In this document: piece after piece, positions 26,401-41,007 of the stretch | Numbering within the stretch: position 1 is the stretch's first letter | How the letters are laid out: the number at the start of each line of letters is the position of its first letter | Assembly (NCBI GenBank): GCA_040954595.2 | Contig: CM082577.2 | Coordinates: 20,744,303 to 20,808,302, forward strand | DNA: 64,000 bases | Direction of reading: 5' to 3' | Origin: Balanoglossus misakiensis | Taxonomy: Eukaryota > Animalia > Hemichordata | Program-made: the position numbers and the translations under genes | Notes under the pieces: model-generated | The model's database searches: none | Told to the model about the DNA's origin: nothing | What the model saw: only the letters and a program-made list of their open reading frames with translations

Positions 26401-29013
26401 CGGTCTCCCATCCAAGTACTAACTACGCCCAACGCAGGTTTGCTTCGGTGATCAGACGACAACCGGCTTTTTCTATGTGGTATGGCCGTAGGCGAAAGAT
26501 GGTTGAATTTCTCCTACTATAAACCTGAATCCTACACCATTGAACACATAGTCCGACTTGGCTAATTTTTGTGGGTAACCGATCGACCTTCCATAGCTTA
26601 TAAGGCAAGTGGGATAAAAAGATATGGTTTGTTTTGTTCTGCAAAAAGTGGTTTTAGAATTCAGGCACTTTCAGAAAAGGAAGAAACGGACACTTGCCAC
26701 AAAATATTATCCTTCAGGCTACTCTTTAATGGAAACGTTGGAAAAAAAATGAAGCCTACAGCACGTAGTATTCCCAGGCGGTCTCCCATCCAAGTACTAA
26801 CTACGCCCAACGCAGGTTTGCTTCGGTGATCAGACGAGAACCGGCTTTTTCTACGTGGTATGGCCGTAGGCGAAAGATGGTTGAATTTCTCCTACTATAA
26901 ACCTGAATCCTACACCATTGAACACATAGTCCGACTTGGCTAATTTTTGTGGGTAAACGATCGACCTTCCATAGCTTATAAGGCAAGTGGGATAAAAAGA
27001 TATGGTTTGTTTTGTTCTGCAAAAAGTGGTTTTAGAATTCAGGCACTTTCAGAAAAGGAAGAAACGGACACTTGCCACAAAATATTATCCTTCAGGCTAC
27101 TCTTTAATGGAAACGTTGGAAAAAAAATGAAGCCTACAGCACGTAGTATTCCCAGGCGGTCTCCCATCCAAGTACTAACTACGCCCAACGCAGGTTTGCT
27201 TCGGTGATCAGACGAGAACCGGCTTTTTCTACGTGGTATGGCCGTAGGCGAAAGATGGTTGAATTTCTCCTACTATAAACCTGAATCCTACACCATTGAA
27301 CACATAGTCCGACTTGGCTAATTTTTGTGGGTAACCGATCGACCTTCCATAGCTTATAAGGAAAGTGGGATAAAAAGATATGGTTTGTTTTGTTCTGCAA
27401 AAAGTGGTTTTAGAATTCAGGCACTTTCAGAAAAGGAAGAAACGGACACTTGCCACAAAATATTATCCTTCAGGCTACTCTTTAATTGAAACGTTGGAAA
27501 AAATGAAGCCTACAGCACGTAGAATTCCCAGGCGGTCTCCCATCCAAGTACTAACTACGCCCAACGCAGGTTTGCTTCGGTGATCAGACGAGAACCGGCT
27601 TTTTCTACGTGGTATGGCCGTAGGCGAAAGATGGTTGAATTTCTCCTACTATAAACCTGAATCCTACACCATTGAACACATAGTCCGACTTGGCTAATTT
27701 TTGTGGGTAACCGATCGACCTTCCATAGCTTATAAGGCAAGTGGGATAAAAAGATATGGTTTGTTTTGTTCTGCAAAAAGTGGTTTTAAAATTCAGACAC
27801 TTGCAGAAAAGGAAGAAACGGACACTTGCCACAAAATATTATCCTTCAGGCTACTCTTTAATGGAAACGTTGGAAAAAAAATGAAGCCTACAGCACGTAG
27901 TATTCCCAGGCGGTCTCCCATCCAAGTACTAACTACGCCCAACGGAGGTTTGCTTCGGTGATCAGACGAGAACCAGCTTTTTCTACGTGGTATGGCCGTA
28001 GGCGAAAGATGGTTGAATTTCTCCTACTATAAACCTGAATCCTACACCATTGAACACATAGTCCGACTTGGCTAATTTTTGTGGGTAACCGATCGACCTT
28101 CCATAGCTTATAAGGCAAGTGGGATAAAAAGATATGGTTTGTTTTGTTCTGCAAAAAGTGGTTTTAGAATTCAGGCACTTTCAGAAAAGGAAGAAACGGA
28201 CACTTGCCACAAAATATTATCCTTCAGGCTACTCTTTAATGGAAACGTTGGAAAAAATGAAGCCTACAGCACGTAGTATTCCCAGGCGGTCTCCCATCCA
28301 AGTACTAACTACGCCCAACGCAGGTTTGCTTCGGTGATCAGACGAGAACCGGCTTTTTCTACGTGGTATGGCCGTAGGCGAAAGATGGTTGAATTTCTCC
28401 TACTATAAACCTGAATCCTACACCATTGAACACATAGTCCGACTTGGCTAATTTTTGTGGGTAACCGATCGACCTTCCATAGCTTATAAGGCAAGTGGGA
28501 TAAAAAGATATGGTTTGTTTTGTTCTGCAAAAGTGGTTTTAAAATTCAGACACTTGCAGAAAAGGAAGAAACGGACACTTGCCACAAAATATTATCCTTC
28601 AGGCTACTCTTTAATGGAAACGTTGGAAAAAAAATGAAGCCTACAGCACGTAGTATTCCCAGGCGGTCTCCCATCCAAGTACTAACTACGCCCAACGCAG
28701 GTTTTCTTCGGTGATCAGACGAGAACCGGCTTTTTCTACGTGGTATGGCCGTAGGCGAAAGATGGTTGAATTTCTCCTACTATAAACCTGAATCCTACAC
28801 CATTGAACACATAGTCCGACTTGGCTAATTTTTGTGGGTAACCGATCGACCTTCCATAGCTTATAAGGCAAGTGGGATAAAAAGATATGGTTTGTTTTGT
28901 TCTGCAAAAAGTGGTTTTAGAATTCAGGCACTTTCAGAAAAGGAAGAAACGGACACTTGCCACAAAATATTATCCTTCAGGCTACTCTTTAATGGAAACG
29001 TTGGAAAAAAATG

Positions 29014-29133
29014 AAGCCTACAGCACGTAGTATTCCCAGGCGGTCTCCCATCCAAGTACTAACTACGCCCAACGCAGGTTTGCTTCGGTGATCAGACGAG
29101 AACCGGCTTTTTCTACGTGGTATGGCCGTAGGC
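29014..29133 (-). rRNA. 5S rRNA: 5S rRNA, consensus copy (representative)
   Basis: Matches the 120-nt consensus. Confidence 0.97.
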
Positions 29134-32100
29134 GAAAGATGGTTGAATTTCTCCTACTATAAACCTGAATCCTACACCATTGAACACATAGTCCGACTTG
29201 GCTAATTTTTGTGGGTAACCGATCGACCTTCCATAGCTTATAAGGCAAGTAGGATCAAAAATATGGTCTGTTTTGTTTTGCAAAAGTGGTTTTAAAATTC
29301 AGACACTTGCAGAAAGAGGAAGAAACCGACACTTGCGACAAAATATTATCCTTCAGGCTACTCTTTAATGGAAACGTTGGAAAAAATGAAGCCTACAGCA
29401 CGTAGTATTCCCAGGCGGTCTCCCATCCAAGTACTAACTACGCCCAACGCAGGTTTTCTTCGGTGATCAGACGAGAACCGGCTTTTTCTACGTGGTATGG
29501 CCGTAGGCGAAAGATGGTTGAATTTCTCCTACTATAAACCTGAATCCTACACCATTGAACACATAGTCCGACTTGGCTAATTTTTGTGGGTAACCGATCG
29601 ACCTTCCATAGCTTATAAGGCAAGTGGGATAAAAAGATATGGTTTGTTTTGTTCTGCAAAAAGTGGTTTTAGAATTCAGGCACTTTCAGAAAAGGAAGAA
29701 ACGGACACTTGCCACAAAATATTATCCTTCAGGCTACTCTTTAATGGAAACGTTGGAAAAAAATGAAGCCTACAGCACGTAGTATTCCCAGGCGGTCTCC
29801 CATCCAAGTACTAACTACGCCCAACGCAGGTTTGCTTCGGTGATCAGACGAGAACCGGCTTTTTCTACGTGGTATGGCCGTAGGCGAAAGATGGCTGAAT
29901 TTCTCCTACTATAAACCTGAATCCTACACCATTGAACACATAGTCCGACTTGGCTAATTTTTGTGGGTAACCGATCGACCTTCCATAGCTTATAAGGCAA
30001 GTAGGATCAAAAATATGGTTTGTTTTGTTTTGCAAAAGTGGTTTTAAAATTCAGACACATGCAGAAAGAGGAAGAAACGGACACTTGCGACAAAATATTA
30101 TCCTTCAGGCTACTCTTTAATGGAAACGTTGGAAAAATGAAGCCTACAGCACGTAGTATTCCCAGGCGGTCTCCCATCCAAGTACTAACTACGCCCAACG
30201 TAGGTTTGCTTCGGTGATCAGACGAGAACCGGCTTTTTCTACGTGGTATGGCCGTAGGCGAAAGATGGTTGAATTTCTCCTACTATAAACCTGAATCCTA
30301 AACCATTGAACACATAGTCCGACTTGGCTAATTTTTGTGGGTAACCGATCGACCTTCCATAGCTTATAAGGCAAGTGGGATAAAAAGATATGGTTTGTTT
30401 TGTTCTGCAAAAAGTGGTTTTAGAATTCAGGCACTTTCAGAAAAGGAAGAAACGGACACTTGCCACAAAATATTATCCTTCAGGCTACTCTTTAATGGAA
30501 ACGTTGGGGAAAAAAATGAAGCCTACAGCACGTAGTATTCCCAGGCGGTCTCCCATCCAAGTACTAACTACGCCCAACGCAGGTTTGCTTCGGTGATCAG
30601 ACGAGAACCGGCTTTTTCTACGTGGTATGGCCGTAGGCGAAAGATGGTTGAATTTCTCCTACTATAAACCTGAATCCTACACCATTGAACACATAGTCCG
30701 ACTTGGCTAATTTTTGTGGGTAACCGATCGACCTTCCATAGCTTATAAGGCAAGTAGGATCAAAAATATGGTTTGTTTTGTTTTGCAAAAGTGGTTTTAA
30801 AATTCAGACACTTGCAGAAAGAGGAAGAAACGGACCCTTGCGACAAAATATTATCCTTCAGGCTACTCTTTAATGGAAACGTTGGAAAAAATGAAGCCTA
30901 CAGCACGTAGTATTCCCAGGCGGTCTCCCATCCAAGTACTAACTACGCCCAACGCAGGTTTGCTTCGGTGAACAGACGAGAACCGGCTTTTTCTACGTGG
31001 TATGGCCGTAGGCGAAAGATGGTTGAATTTCTCCTACTATAAACCTGAATCCTACACCATTGAACACATAGTCCGACTTGGCTAATTTTTGTGGGTAACC
31101 GATCGACCTTCCATAGCTTATAAGGCAAGTAGGATCAAAAATATGGTTTGTTTTGTTTTGCAAAAGTGGTTTTAAAATTCAGACACTTGCAGAAAGAGGA
31201 AGAAACGGACACTTGCCACAAAATATTATCCTTCAGGCTACTCTTTAATGGAAACGTTGGAAAAAATGAAGCCTACAGCACGTAGTATTCCCAGGCGGTC
31301 TCCCATCCAAGTACTAACTACGCCCAACGCAGGTTTGCTTCGGTGAACAGACGAGAACCGGCTTTTTCTACGTGGTATGGCCGTAGGCGAAAGATGGTTG
31401 AATTTCTCCTACTATAAACCTGAATCCTACACCATTGAACACATAGTCCGACTTGGCTAATTTTTGTGGGTAACCGATCGACCTTCCATAGCTTATAAGG
31501 CAAGTGGGATAAAAAGATATGGTTTGTTTTGTTCTGCAAAAAGTGGTTTTAGAATTCAGGCACTTTCAGAAAAGGAAGAAACGGACACTTGCCACAAAAT
31601 ATTATCCTTCAGGCTACTCTTTAATGGAAACGTTGGAAAAAAATGAAGCCTACAGCACGTAGTATTCCCAGGCGGTCTCCCATCCAAGTACTAACTACGC
31701 CCAACGCAGGTTTGCTTCGGTGATCAGACGAGAACCGGCTTTTTCTACGTGGTATGGCCGTAGGCGAAAGATGGTTGAATTTCTCCTACTATAAACCTGA
31801 ATCCTACACCATTGAACACATAGTCCGACTTGGCTAATTTTTGTGGGTAACCGATCGACTTTCCATAGCTTATAAGGCAAGTAGGATCAAAAAATATGGT
31901 TTGTTTTGTTTTGCAAAAGTGGTTTTAAAATTCAGACACTTGCACAAAGAGGAAGAAACGGACACTTGCGACAAAAAATTATCCTTCAGGCTACTCTTTA
32001 ATGGAAACGTTGGAAAAAATTGAAGCCTACAGCACGTAGTATTCCCAGGCGGTCTCCCATCCAAGTACTAACTACGCCCAACGCAGGTTTGCTTCGGTGA

Positions 32101-35100
32101 TCAGACGAGAACCGGCTTTTTCTACGTAGTATGGCCGTAGGCGAAAGATGGTTGAATTTCTCCTGCTATAAACCTGAATCCTACACCATTGAACACATAG
32201 TCCGACTTGGCTAATTTTTGTGGGTAACCGATCGACCTTCCATAGCTTATAAGGCAAGTGGGATAAAAAGATATGGTTTGTTTTGTTCTGCAAAAAGTGG
32301 TTTTAGAATTCAGGCACTTTCAGAAAAGGAAGAAACGGACACTTGCCACAAAATATTATCCTTCAGGCTACTCATTAATGGAAACGTTGGAAAAAAATGA
32401 AGCCTACAGCACGTAGTATTCCCAGGCGGTCTCCCATCCGAGTACTAACTACGCCCAACGCAGGTTTGCTTCGGTGATCAGACGAGAACCGGCTTTTTCT
32501 ACGTGGTATGGCCGTAGGCGAAAGATGGTTGAATTTCTCCTACTACAAACCTGAATCCACACCATTGAACACATAGTCCGACTTGGCTAATTTTTGTGGG
32601 TAACCGATCGACCTTCCATAGCTTATAAGGCAAGTAGGATCAAAAAATACGATTTGTTTTGTTTTGCAAAAAGTCATTTTAAAATTCAGACACTTGCAGA
32701 AAGAGGAAGAAACGGACACTTGCGACAAAATATTATCCTTCAGGCTACTCTTTAATGGAAACTTTGGAAAAAATTGAAGCCTACAGCACGTAGTATTCCC
32801 AGGCGGTCTCCCATCCAAGTACTAACTACGCCCAACGCAGGTTTGCTTCGGTGATCAGACGAGAACCGGCTTTTTCTACGTGGTATGGCCGTAGGCGAAA
32901 TATGGTTGAATTTCTCCTACTATAAACCTGAATCCTACACCATTGAACACATAGTCCGACTTGGCTAATTTTTGTGGGTAACCGATCGACCTTCCATAGC
33001 TTATAAGGCAAGTAGGATAAAAAAATATGGTTTGTTTTGTCTTGCAAAAAGTGGTTTTAAAATTCAGACATTTGCAGAAAGAGGAAGAAACGGACACTTG
33101 CGACAAAATATTATCCTTCAGGCTACTCTTTAATGGAAACGTTGGAAAAAATTGAAGACTACAGCACGTAGTATTCCCAGGCGGTCTCCCATCCAAGTAC
33201 TAACTACGCCCAACGCAGGTTTGCTTCGGTGATCAGACGAGAACCGGCTTTTTCTACGTGGTATGGCCGTAGGCGAAAGACGGTTGAATTTCTCCTACTA
33301 TAAACCTGAATCCTACACCATTGAACACATAGTCCGACTTGGCTAATTTTTGTGGGTAACCGATCGACCTTCCATAGCTTATAAGGCAAGTAGGATAAAA
33401 AAAATATGGTTTGTTTTGTTTTGCAAAAAGTGGTTTTAAAATTCAGACACTTGCAGAAAGAGGAAGAAACGGACACTTGCGACAAAATATTATCCTTCAG
33501 ACTACTCTTTAATGGAAACGTTGGAAAAAATTGAAGACTACAGCACGTAGTATTCCCAGGCGGTCTCCCATCCAAGTACTAACTACGCCCAACGCAGGTT
33601 TGCTTCGGTGATCAGACGAGAACAGGCTTTTTCTACGTGGTATGGCCGTAGGCGAAAGATGGTTGAATTTCTCCTACTATAAACTTGAATCCTACACCAT
33701 TGAACACATAGTCCGACTTGGCTAATTTTTGTGGGTAACCGATCGACCTTCCATAGCTTATAAGGCAAGTAGGATCAAAAAATACGGTTTGTTTTGTTTT
33801 GCAAAAAGTGATTTTAAAATTCAGACACTTGCAGAAAGAGGAAGAAACGGACACTTGCAACAAAATATTATCCTTCAGGCTACTCTTTAATGGAAACGTT
33901 GGAAAAAATTGAAGCCTACAGCACGTAGTATTTCCAGGCGGTCTCCCATCCAAGTACTAACTACGCCCAACGCAGGTTTGCTTCGGTGATCAGACGAGAA
34001 CCGGCTTTTTCTACGTGGTATGGCCGTAGGCGAAATATGGTTGAATTTCTCCTACTATAAACCTCAATCCTACACCATTGAACACATAGTCCGACTTGGC
34101 TAATTTTTGTGGGTAACCGATCGACCTTCCATAGCTTATAAGGCAAGTAGGATAAAAAAATATGGTTTGTTTTGTTTTGCAAAAAGTGGTTTTAAAATTC
34201 AGACACTTGCAGAAAAGGAAGAAACGGACACTTGCGACAAAATATTATCCTTCAGGCTACTCTTTAATGGAAACGTTGGAAAAAATTGAAGCCTACAGCA
34301 TGTAGTATTCCCAGGCGGTCTCCCATCCAAGTACTAACTACGCCCAACGCAGGTTTGCTTCGGTGATCAGACGAGAACCGGCTTTTTCTACATGGTATGG
34401 CCGTAGGCGAAAGACGGTTGAATTTCTCCTACTATAAACCTGAATCCTACACCATTGAACACATAGTCCGACTTGGCTAATTATTGTGGGTAACCGATCG
34501 ACCTTCCATAGCTTATAAGGCAAGTGGGATAAAAAAAAATATGGTTTGTTTTGTTTTGCAAAAAGTGGTTTTAGAATTCAGGCACTTTCAGAAAAGGAAG
34601 AAACGGACACTTGCGACAAAATATTATCCTTCAGGCTACTCTTTAATGGAAACGTTGGAAAAAATGAAGCCTACAGCACGTAGTATTCCTAGGCGGTCTC
34701 CCATCCAAGTACTAACTACGCCCAACGCAGGTTTGCTTCGGTGATCAGACGAGAACCGGCTTTTTCTACGTGGTATGGCCGTAGGCGAAAGATGGTTGAA
34801 TTTCTCCTACTATAAACCTGAATCCTACACCATTCAACACATAGTCCGACTTGGCTAATTTTTGTGGGTAACCGATCGACCTTCCATAGCTTATAAGGCA
34901 AGTAGGATAAAAAGATATGGTTTGTTTTGTTCTGCAAAAAGTGGTTTTAGAATTCAGGCACTTTCAGAAAAGGAAGAAACGGACACAAAATATTATCCTT
35001 CAGGCTACTCTTTAAAAAATGAAGCCTACAGCACGTAGTATTCCCAGGCGGTCTCCCATCCAAGTACTAACTACGCCCAACGCAGGTTTGCTTCGGTGAT

Positions 35101-38100
35101 CAGACGAGAACCGGCTTTTTCTACGTGGTATGGCCGTAGGCGAAAGATGGTTGAATTTCTCCTACTATAAACCTGAATCCTACACCATTGAACACATAGT
35201 CCGACTTGGCTAATTTTTGTGGGTAACCGATCGACCTTCCATAGCTTATAAGGCAAGTGGGATAAAAAAAAATATGGTTTGTTTTGTTCTGCAAAAAGTG
35301 GTTTTAGAATTCAGGCACTTTCAGAAAAGGAAGAAACGGACACTTGCGACAAAATATTATCCTTCAGGCTACTCTTTAATGGAAACGTTGGAAAAAATGA
35401 AGCCTACAGCACGTAGTATTCCCAGGCGGTCTCCCATCCAAGTACTAACTACGCCCAACGCAGGTTTGCTTCGGTGATCAGACGAGAACCGGCTTTTTCT
35501 ACGTGGTATGGCCGTAGGCGAAAGATGGTTGAATTTCTCCTACTATAAACCTGAATCCTACACCATTAAACACATAGTCCGACTTGGCTAATTATTGTGG
35601 GTAACCGATCGACCTTCCATAGCTTATAAGGCAAGTGGGATAAAAAAAATATGGTTTGTTTTGTTCTGCAAAAAGTGGTTTTAGAATTCAGGCACTTTCA
35701 GAAAAGGAAGAAACGGACACTTGCGACAAAATATTATCCTTCAGGCTACTCTTTAATGGAAACGTTGGAAAAAATGAAGCCTACAGCACGTAGTATTCCC
35801 AGGCGGTCTCCCATCCAAGTACTAACTACGCCCAACGCAGGTTTGCTTCGGTGATCAGACGAGAACCGGCTTTTTCTACGTGGTATGGCCGTAGGCGAAA
35901 GATGGTTGAATTTCTCCTACTATAAACCTGAATCCTACACCATTAAACACGTAGTCCGACTTGGCTAATTATTGTGGGTAACCGATCGACCTTCCATAGC
36001 TTATAAGGCAAGTAGGATAAAAAGATATGGTTTGTTTTGTTCTGCAAAAAGTGGTTTTAGAATTCAGGCACTTTCAGAAAAGGAAGAAACTGACACTTGC
36101 CACAAAATATTATCCTTCAGGCTACTCTTTAAAAAATGAAGCCTACAGCACGTAGTATTCCCAGGCGGTCTCCCATCCAAGTACTAACTACGCCCAACGC
36201 AGGTTTGCTTCGGTGATCAGACGAGAACCGGCTTTTTCTACGTGGTATGGCCGTAGGCGAAAGATGGTTGAATTTCTCCTACTATAAACCTGAATCCTAC
36301 ACCATTAAACACATAGTCCGACTTGGCTTATTATTGCGGGTTACCGATCGACCTTCCATAGCTTATAAGGCAAGTGGGATAAAAAAAAATATGGTTTGTT
36401 TTGTTCTGCAAAAAGTGGTTTTAGAATTCAGGCACTTTCAGAAAAGGAAGAAACGGACACTTGCGACAAAATATTATCCTTCAGGCTACTCTTTAATGGA
36501 AACGTTGGAAAAAATGAAGCCTACAGCACGTAGTATTCCCAGGCGGTCTCCCATCCAAGTACTAACTACGCCCAACGCAGGTTTGCTTCGGTGATCAGAC
36601 GAGAACCGGCTTTTTCTACGTGGTATGGCCGTAGGCGAAACATGGTTGAATTTCTCCTACTATAAACCTGAATCCTACACCATTAAACACATAGTCCGAC
36701 TTGGCTAATTATTGTGGGTAACCGATCGACCTTCCATAGCTTATAAGGCAAGTGGGATAAAAAAAAATATGGTTTGTTTTGTTCTGCAAATAGTGGTTTT
36801 AGAATTCTGGCACTTTCAGAAAAGGAAGAAACGGACACTTGCGACAAAATATTATCCTTCAGGCTACTCTTTAATGGAAACGTTGGAAAAAATGAAGCCT
36901 ACAGCACGTAGTATTCCCAGGCGGTCTCCCATCCAAGTACTAACTACGCCCAACGCAGGTTTGCTTCGGTGATCAGACGAGAACCGGCTTTTTCTACGTG
37001 GTATGGCCGTAGGCGAAAGATGGTTGAATTTCTCCTACTATAAACCTGAATCCTACACCATTAAACACATAGTCCGACTTGGCTAATTATTGTGGGTAAC
37101 CGATCGACCTTCCATAGCTTATAAGGCAAGTGGGATAAAAAAAATATGGTTTGTTTTGTTCTGCAAAAAGTGGTTTTAGAATTCAGGCACTTTCAGAAAA
37201 GGAAGAAACGGACACTTGCGACAAAATATTATCCTTCAGGCTACTCTTTAATGGAAACGTTGGAAAAAATGAAGCCTACAGCACGTAGTATTCCCAGGCG
37301 GTCTCCCATCCAAGTACTAACTACGCCCAACGCAGGTTTGCTTCGGTGATCAGACGAGAACCGGCTTTTTCTACGTGGTATGGCCGTAGGCGAAAGATGG
37401 TTGAATTTCTCCTACTATAAACCTGAATCCTACACCATTAAACACGTAGTCCGACTTGGCTAATTATTGTGGGTAACCGATCGACCTTCCATAGCTTATA
37501 AGGCAAGTAGGATAAAAAGATATGGTTTGTTTTGTTCTGCAAAAAGTGGTTTAAGAATTCAGGCACTTTCAGAAAAGGAAGAAACTGACACTTGCCACAA
37601 AATATTATCCTTCAGGCTACTCTTTAAAAAATGAAGCCTACAGCACGTAGTATTCCCAGGCGGTCACCCATCCAAGTACTAACTACGCCCAACGCAGGTT
37701 TGCTTCGGTGATCAGACGAGAACCGGCTTTTTCTACGTGGTATGGCCGTAGGCGAAAGATGGTTGAATTTCTCCTACTATAAACCTGAATCCTACACCAT
37801 TAAACACATAGTCCGACTTGGCTTATTATTGCGGGTAACCGATCGACCTTCCATAGCTTATAGGGCAAGTGGGATAAAAAAAAATATGGTTTGTTTTGTT
37901 CTGCAAAAAGTGGTTTTAGAATTCAGGCACTTTCAGAAAAGGAAGAAACGGACACTTGCGACAAAATATTATCCTTCAGGCTACTCTTTAATGGAAACGT
38001 TGGAAAAAATGAAGCCTACAGCACGTAGTATTCCCAGGCGGTCTCCCATCCAAGTACTAACTACGCCCAACGCAGGTTTGCTTCGGTGATCAGACGAGAA

Positions 38101-40234
38101 CCGGCTTTTTCTACGTGGTATGGCCGTAGGCGAAATATGGTTGAATTTCTCCTACTATAAACCTGAATCCTACACCATTAAACACATAGTCCGACTTGGC
38201 TAATTATTGTGGGTAACCGATCGACCTTCCATAGCTTATAAGGCAAGTGGGATAAAAAAAATATGGTTTGTTTTGTTCTGCAAAAAGTGGTTTTAGAATT
38301 CAGGCACTTTCAGAAAAGGAAGAAACGGACACTTGCGACAAAATATTATCCTTCAGGCTACTCTTTAATGGAAACGTTGGAAAAAATGAAGCCTACAGCA
38401 CGTAGTATTCCCAGGCGGTCTCCCATCCAAGTACTAACTACGCCCAACGCAGGTTTGCTTCGGTGATCAGACGAGAACCGGCTTTTTCTACGTGGTATGG
38501 CCGTAGGCGAAAGATGGTTGAATTTCTCCTACTATAAACCTGAATCCTACACCATTAAACACGTAGTCCGACTTGGCTAATTATTGTGGGTAACCGATCG
38601 ACCTTCCATAGCTTATAAGGCAAGTAGGATAAAAAGATATGGTTTGTTTTGTTCTGCAAAAAGTGGTTTTAGAATTCAGGCACTTTCAGAAAAGGAAGAA
38701 ACTGACACTTGCCACAAAATATTATCCTTCAGGCTACTCTTTAAAAAATGAAGCCTACAGCACGTAGTATTCCCAGGCGGTCTCCCATCCAAGTACTAAC
38801 TACGCCCAACGCAGGTTTGCTTCGGTGATCAGACGAGAACCGGCTTTTTCTACGTGGTATGGCCGTAGGCGAAAGATGGTTGAATTTCTCCTACTATAAA
38901 CCTGAATCCTACACCATTGAACACATAGTCCGACTTGGCTAATTTTTGTGGGTAACCGATCGACCTTCCATAGCTTATAAGGCAAGTAGGATAAAAAATT
39001 ATAGTTTGTTTTGTTTTGCAGAAAGTGGTTTTAAAATTCAGACACTTGCAGAAAGAGGAAGAAACGGACACTTGCGACAAAATATTATCCTTCATGCTAC
39101 TCTTTAAAAAATGAAGCCTACAGCACTTAGTATTCCCAGGCGGTCTCCCATCCAAGTACTAACTACGCCCAACGCAGGTTTGCTTCGGTGATCAGACGAG
39201 AACCGGCTTTTTCTACGTGGTATGGCCGTAGGCGAAAGATGGTTGAATTTCTCCTACTATAAACCTGAATCCTACACCATTGAACACATAGTCCGACTTG
39301 GCTAATTTTTGTGGGTAACCGATCGACCTTCCATAGCTTATAAGGCAAGTAGGATAAAAAAATACGGTTTGTTTTGTTTTGCAAAAAGTGGTTTTAGAAT
39401 TCAGACACTTGCAGAAAGAGGAAGAAACGGACACTTGCGACAAAATATTATCCTTCAGGCTACTCTTTAAAAAATGAAGCCTACAGCACGTAGTATTCCC
39501 AGGCGGTCTCCCATCCAAGTACTAACTACGCCCAACGCAGGTTTGCTTCGGTGATCAGACGAGAACCGGCTTTTTCTACGTGGTATGGCCGTAGGCGAAA
39601 GATGGTTGAATTTCTCCTACTATAAACCTGAATCCTACACCATTGAACACATAGTCCGACTTGGCTAATTTTTGTGGGTAACCGATCGACCTTCCATAGC
39701 TTATAAGGCAAGTTGGATAAAAAAAATACGGTTTGTTTTGTTTTGCAAAAAGTGGTTTTAGAATTCAGACACTTGCAGAAAGAGGAAGAAACGGACACTT
39801 GCGACAAAATATTATCCTTCAGGCTACTCTTTAATGGAAACGTTGGAAAAAAAATGAAGCCTACAGCACGTAGTATTCCCAGGCGGTCTCCCATCCAAGT
39901 ACTAACTACGCCCAACGCAGGTTTGCTTCGGTGATCAGACGAGAACCGGCTTTTTCTACGTGGTATGGCCGTAGACGAAAGATGGTTGAATTTCTCCTAC
40001 TATAAACCTGAATCCTACATCATTGAACACATAGTCCGACTTGGCTAATTTTTGTGGGTAACCGATCGACCTTCCATAGCTTATAAGGCAAGTAGGATAA
40101 AAAAATATGGCTTGTTTTGTTTTGCAAAAAGTGGTTTTAAAATTCAGACACTTGCAGAAAGAGGAAGAAACGGACACTTGCGACAAAATATTATCATTCA
40201 GGCTAATCTTTAATGGAAACGTTGGAAAAAATTG

Positions 40235-40310
40235 AAGCCTACAGCACGTAGTATTCCCAGGCGGTCTCCCAGACGAGAACCGGCTTTTTCTACGTGGTAT
40301 GGCCGTAGGC
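40235..40310 (-). pseudogene. 5S rRNA pseudogene, 44-bp internal deletion
   Basis: Same junction. Confidence 0.93.
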
Positions 40311-40931
40311 GAAAGATGGTTGAATTTCTCCTACTATAAACCTGAATCCTACACCATTGAACACATAGTCCCACTTGGCTAATTTTTGTGGGTAACCGAT
40401 CGACCTTCCATAGCTTATAAGGCAAGTAGGATAAAAAGATATGGTTTGTTTTGTTCTGCAAAAAGTGGTTTTAGAATTCAGGCACCTTCAGAAAAGGAAG
40501 AAACGGACACTTGCCACAAAATATTATCCTTCAGGCTACTCTTTAAAAAATGAAGCCTACAGCACTTAGTATTCCCAGGCGGTCTCCCATCCAAGTACTA
40601 ACTACGCCCAACGCAGGTTTGCTTCGGTGATCAGACGAGAACCGGCTTTTTCTACGTGGTATGGCCGTAGGCGAAAGATGGTTGAATTTCTCCTACTATA
40701 AACCTGAATTCTACACCATTGAACACATAGTCCGACTTGGCTAATTTTTGTGGGTAACCGATCGACCTTCCATAGCTTATAAGGCAAGTAGGATAAAAAA
40801 AATACGGTTTGTTTTGTTTTGCAAAAAGTGGTTTTAGAATTCAGACACTTGCAGAAAGAGGAAGAAACGGACACTTGCGACAAAATATTATCATTCAGGC
40901 TAATCTTTAATGGAAACGTTGGAAAAAATTG

Positions 40932-41007
40932 AAGCCTACAGCACGTAGTATTCCCAGGCGGTCTCCCAGACGAGAACCGGCTTTTTCTACGTGGTATGGC
41001 CGTAGGC
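40932..41007 (-). pseudogene. 5S rRNA pseudogene, 44-bp internal deletion
   Basis: Same junction. Confidence 0.93.
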
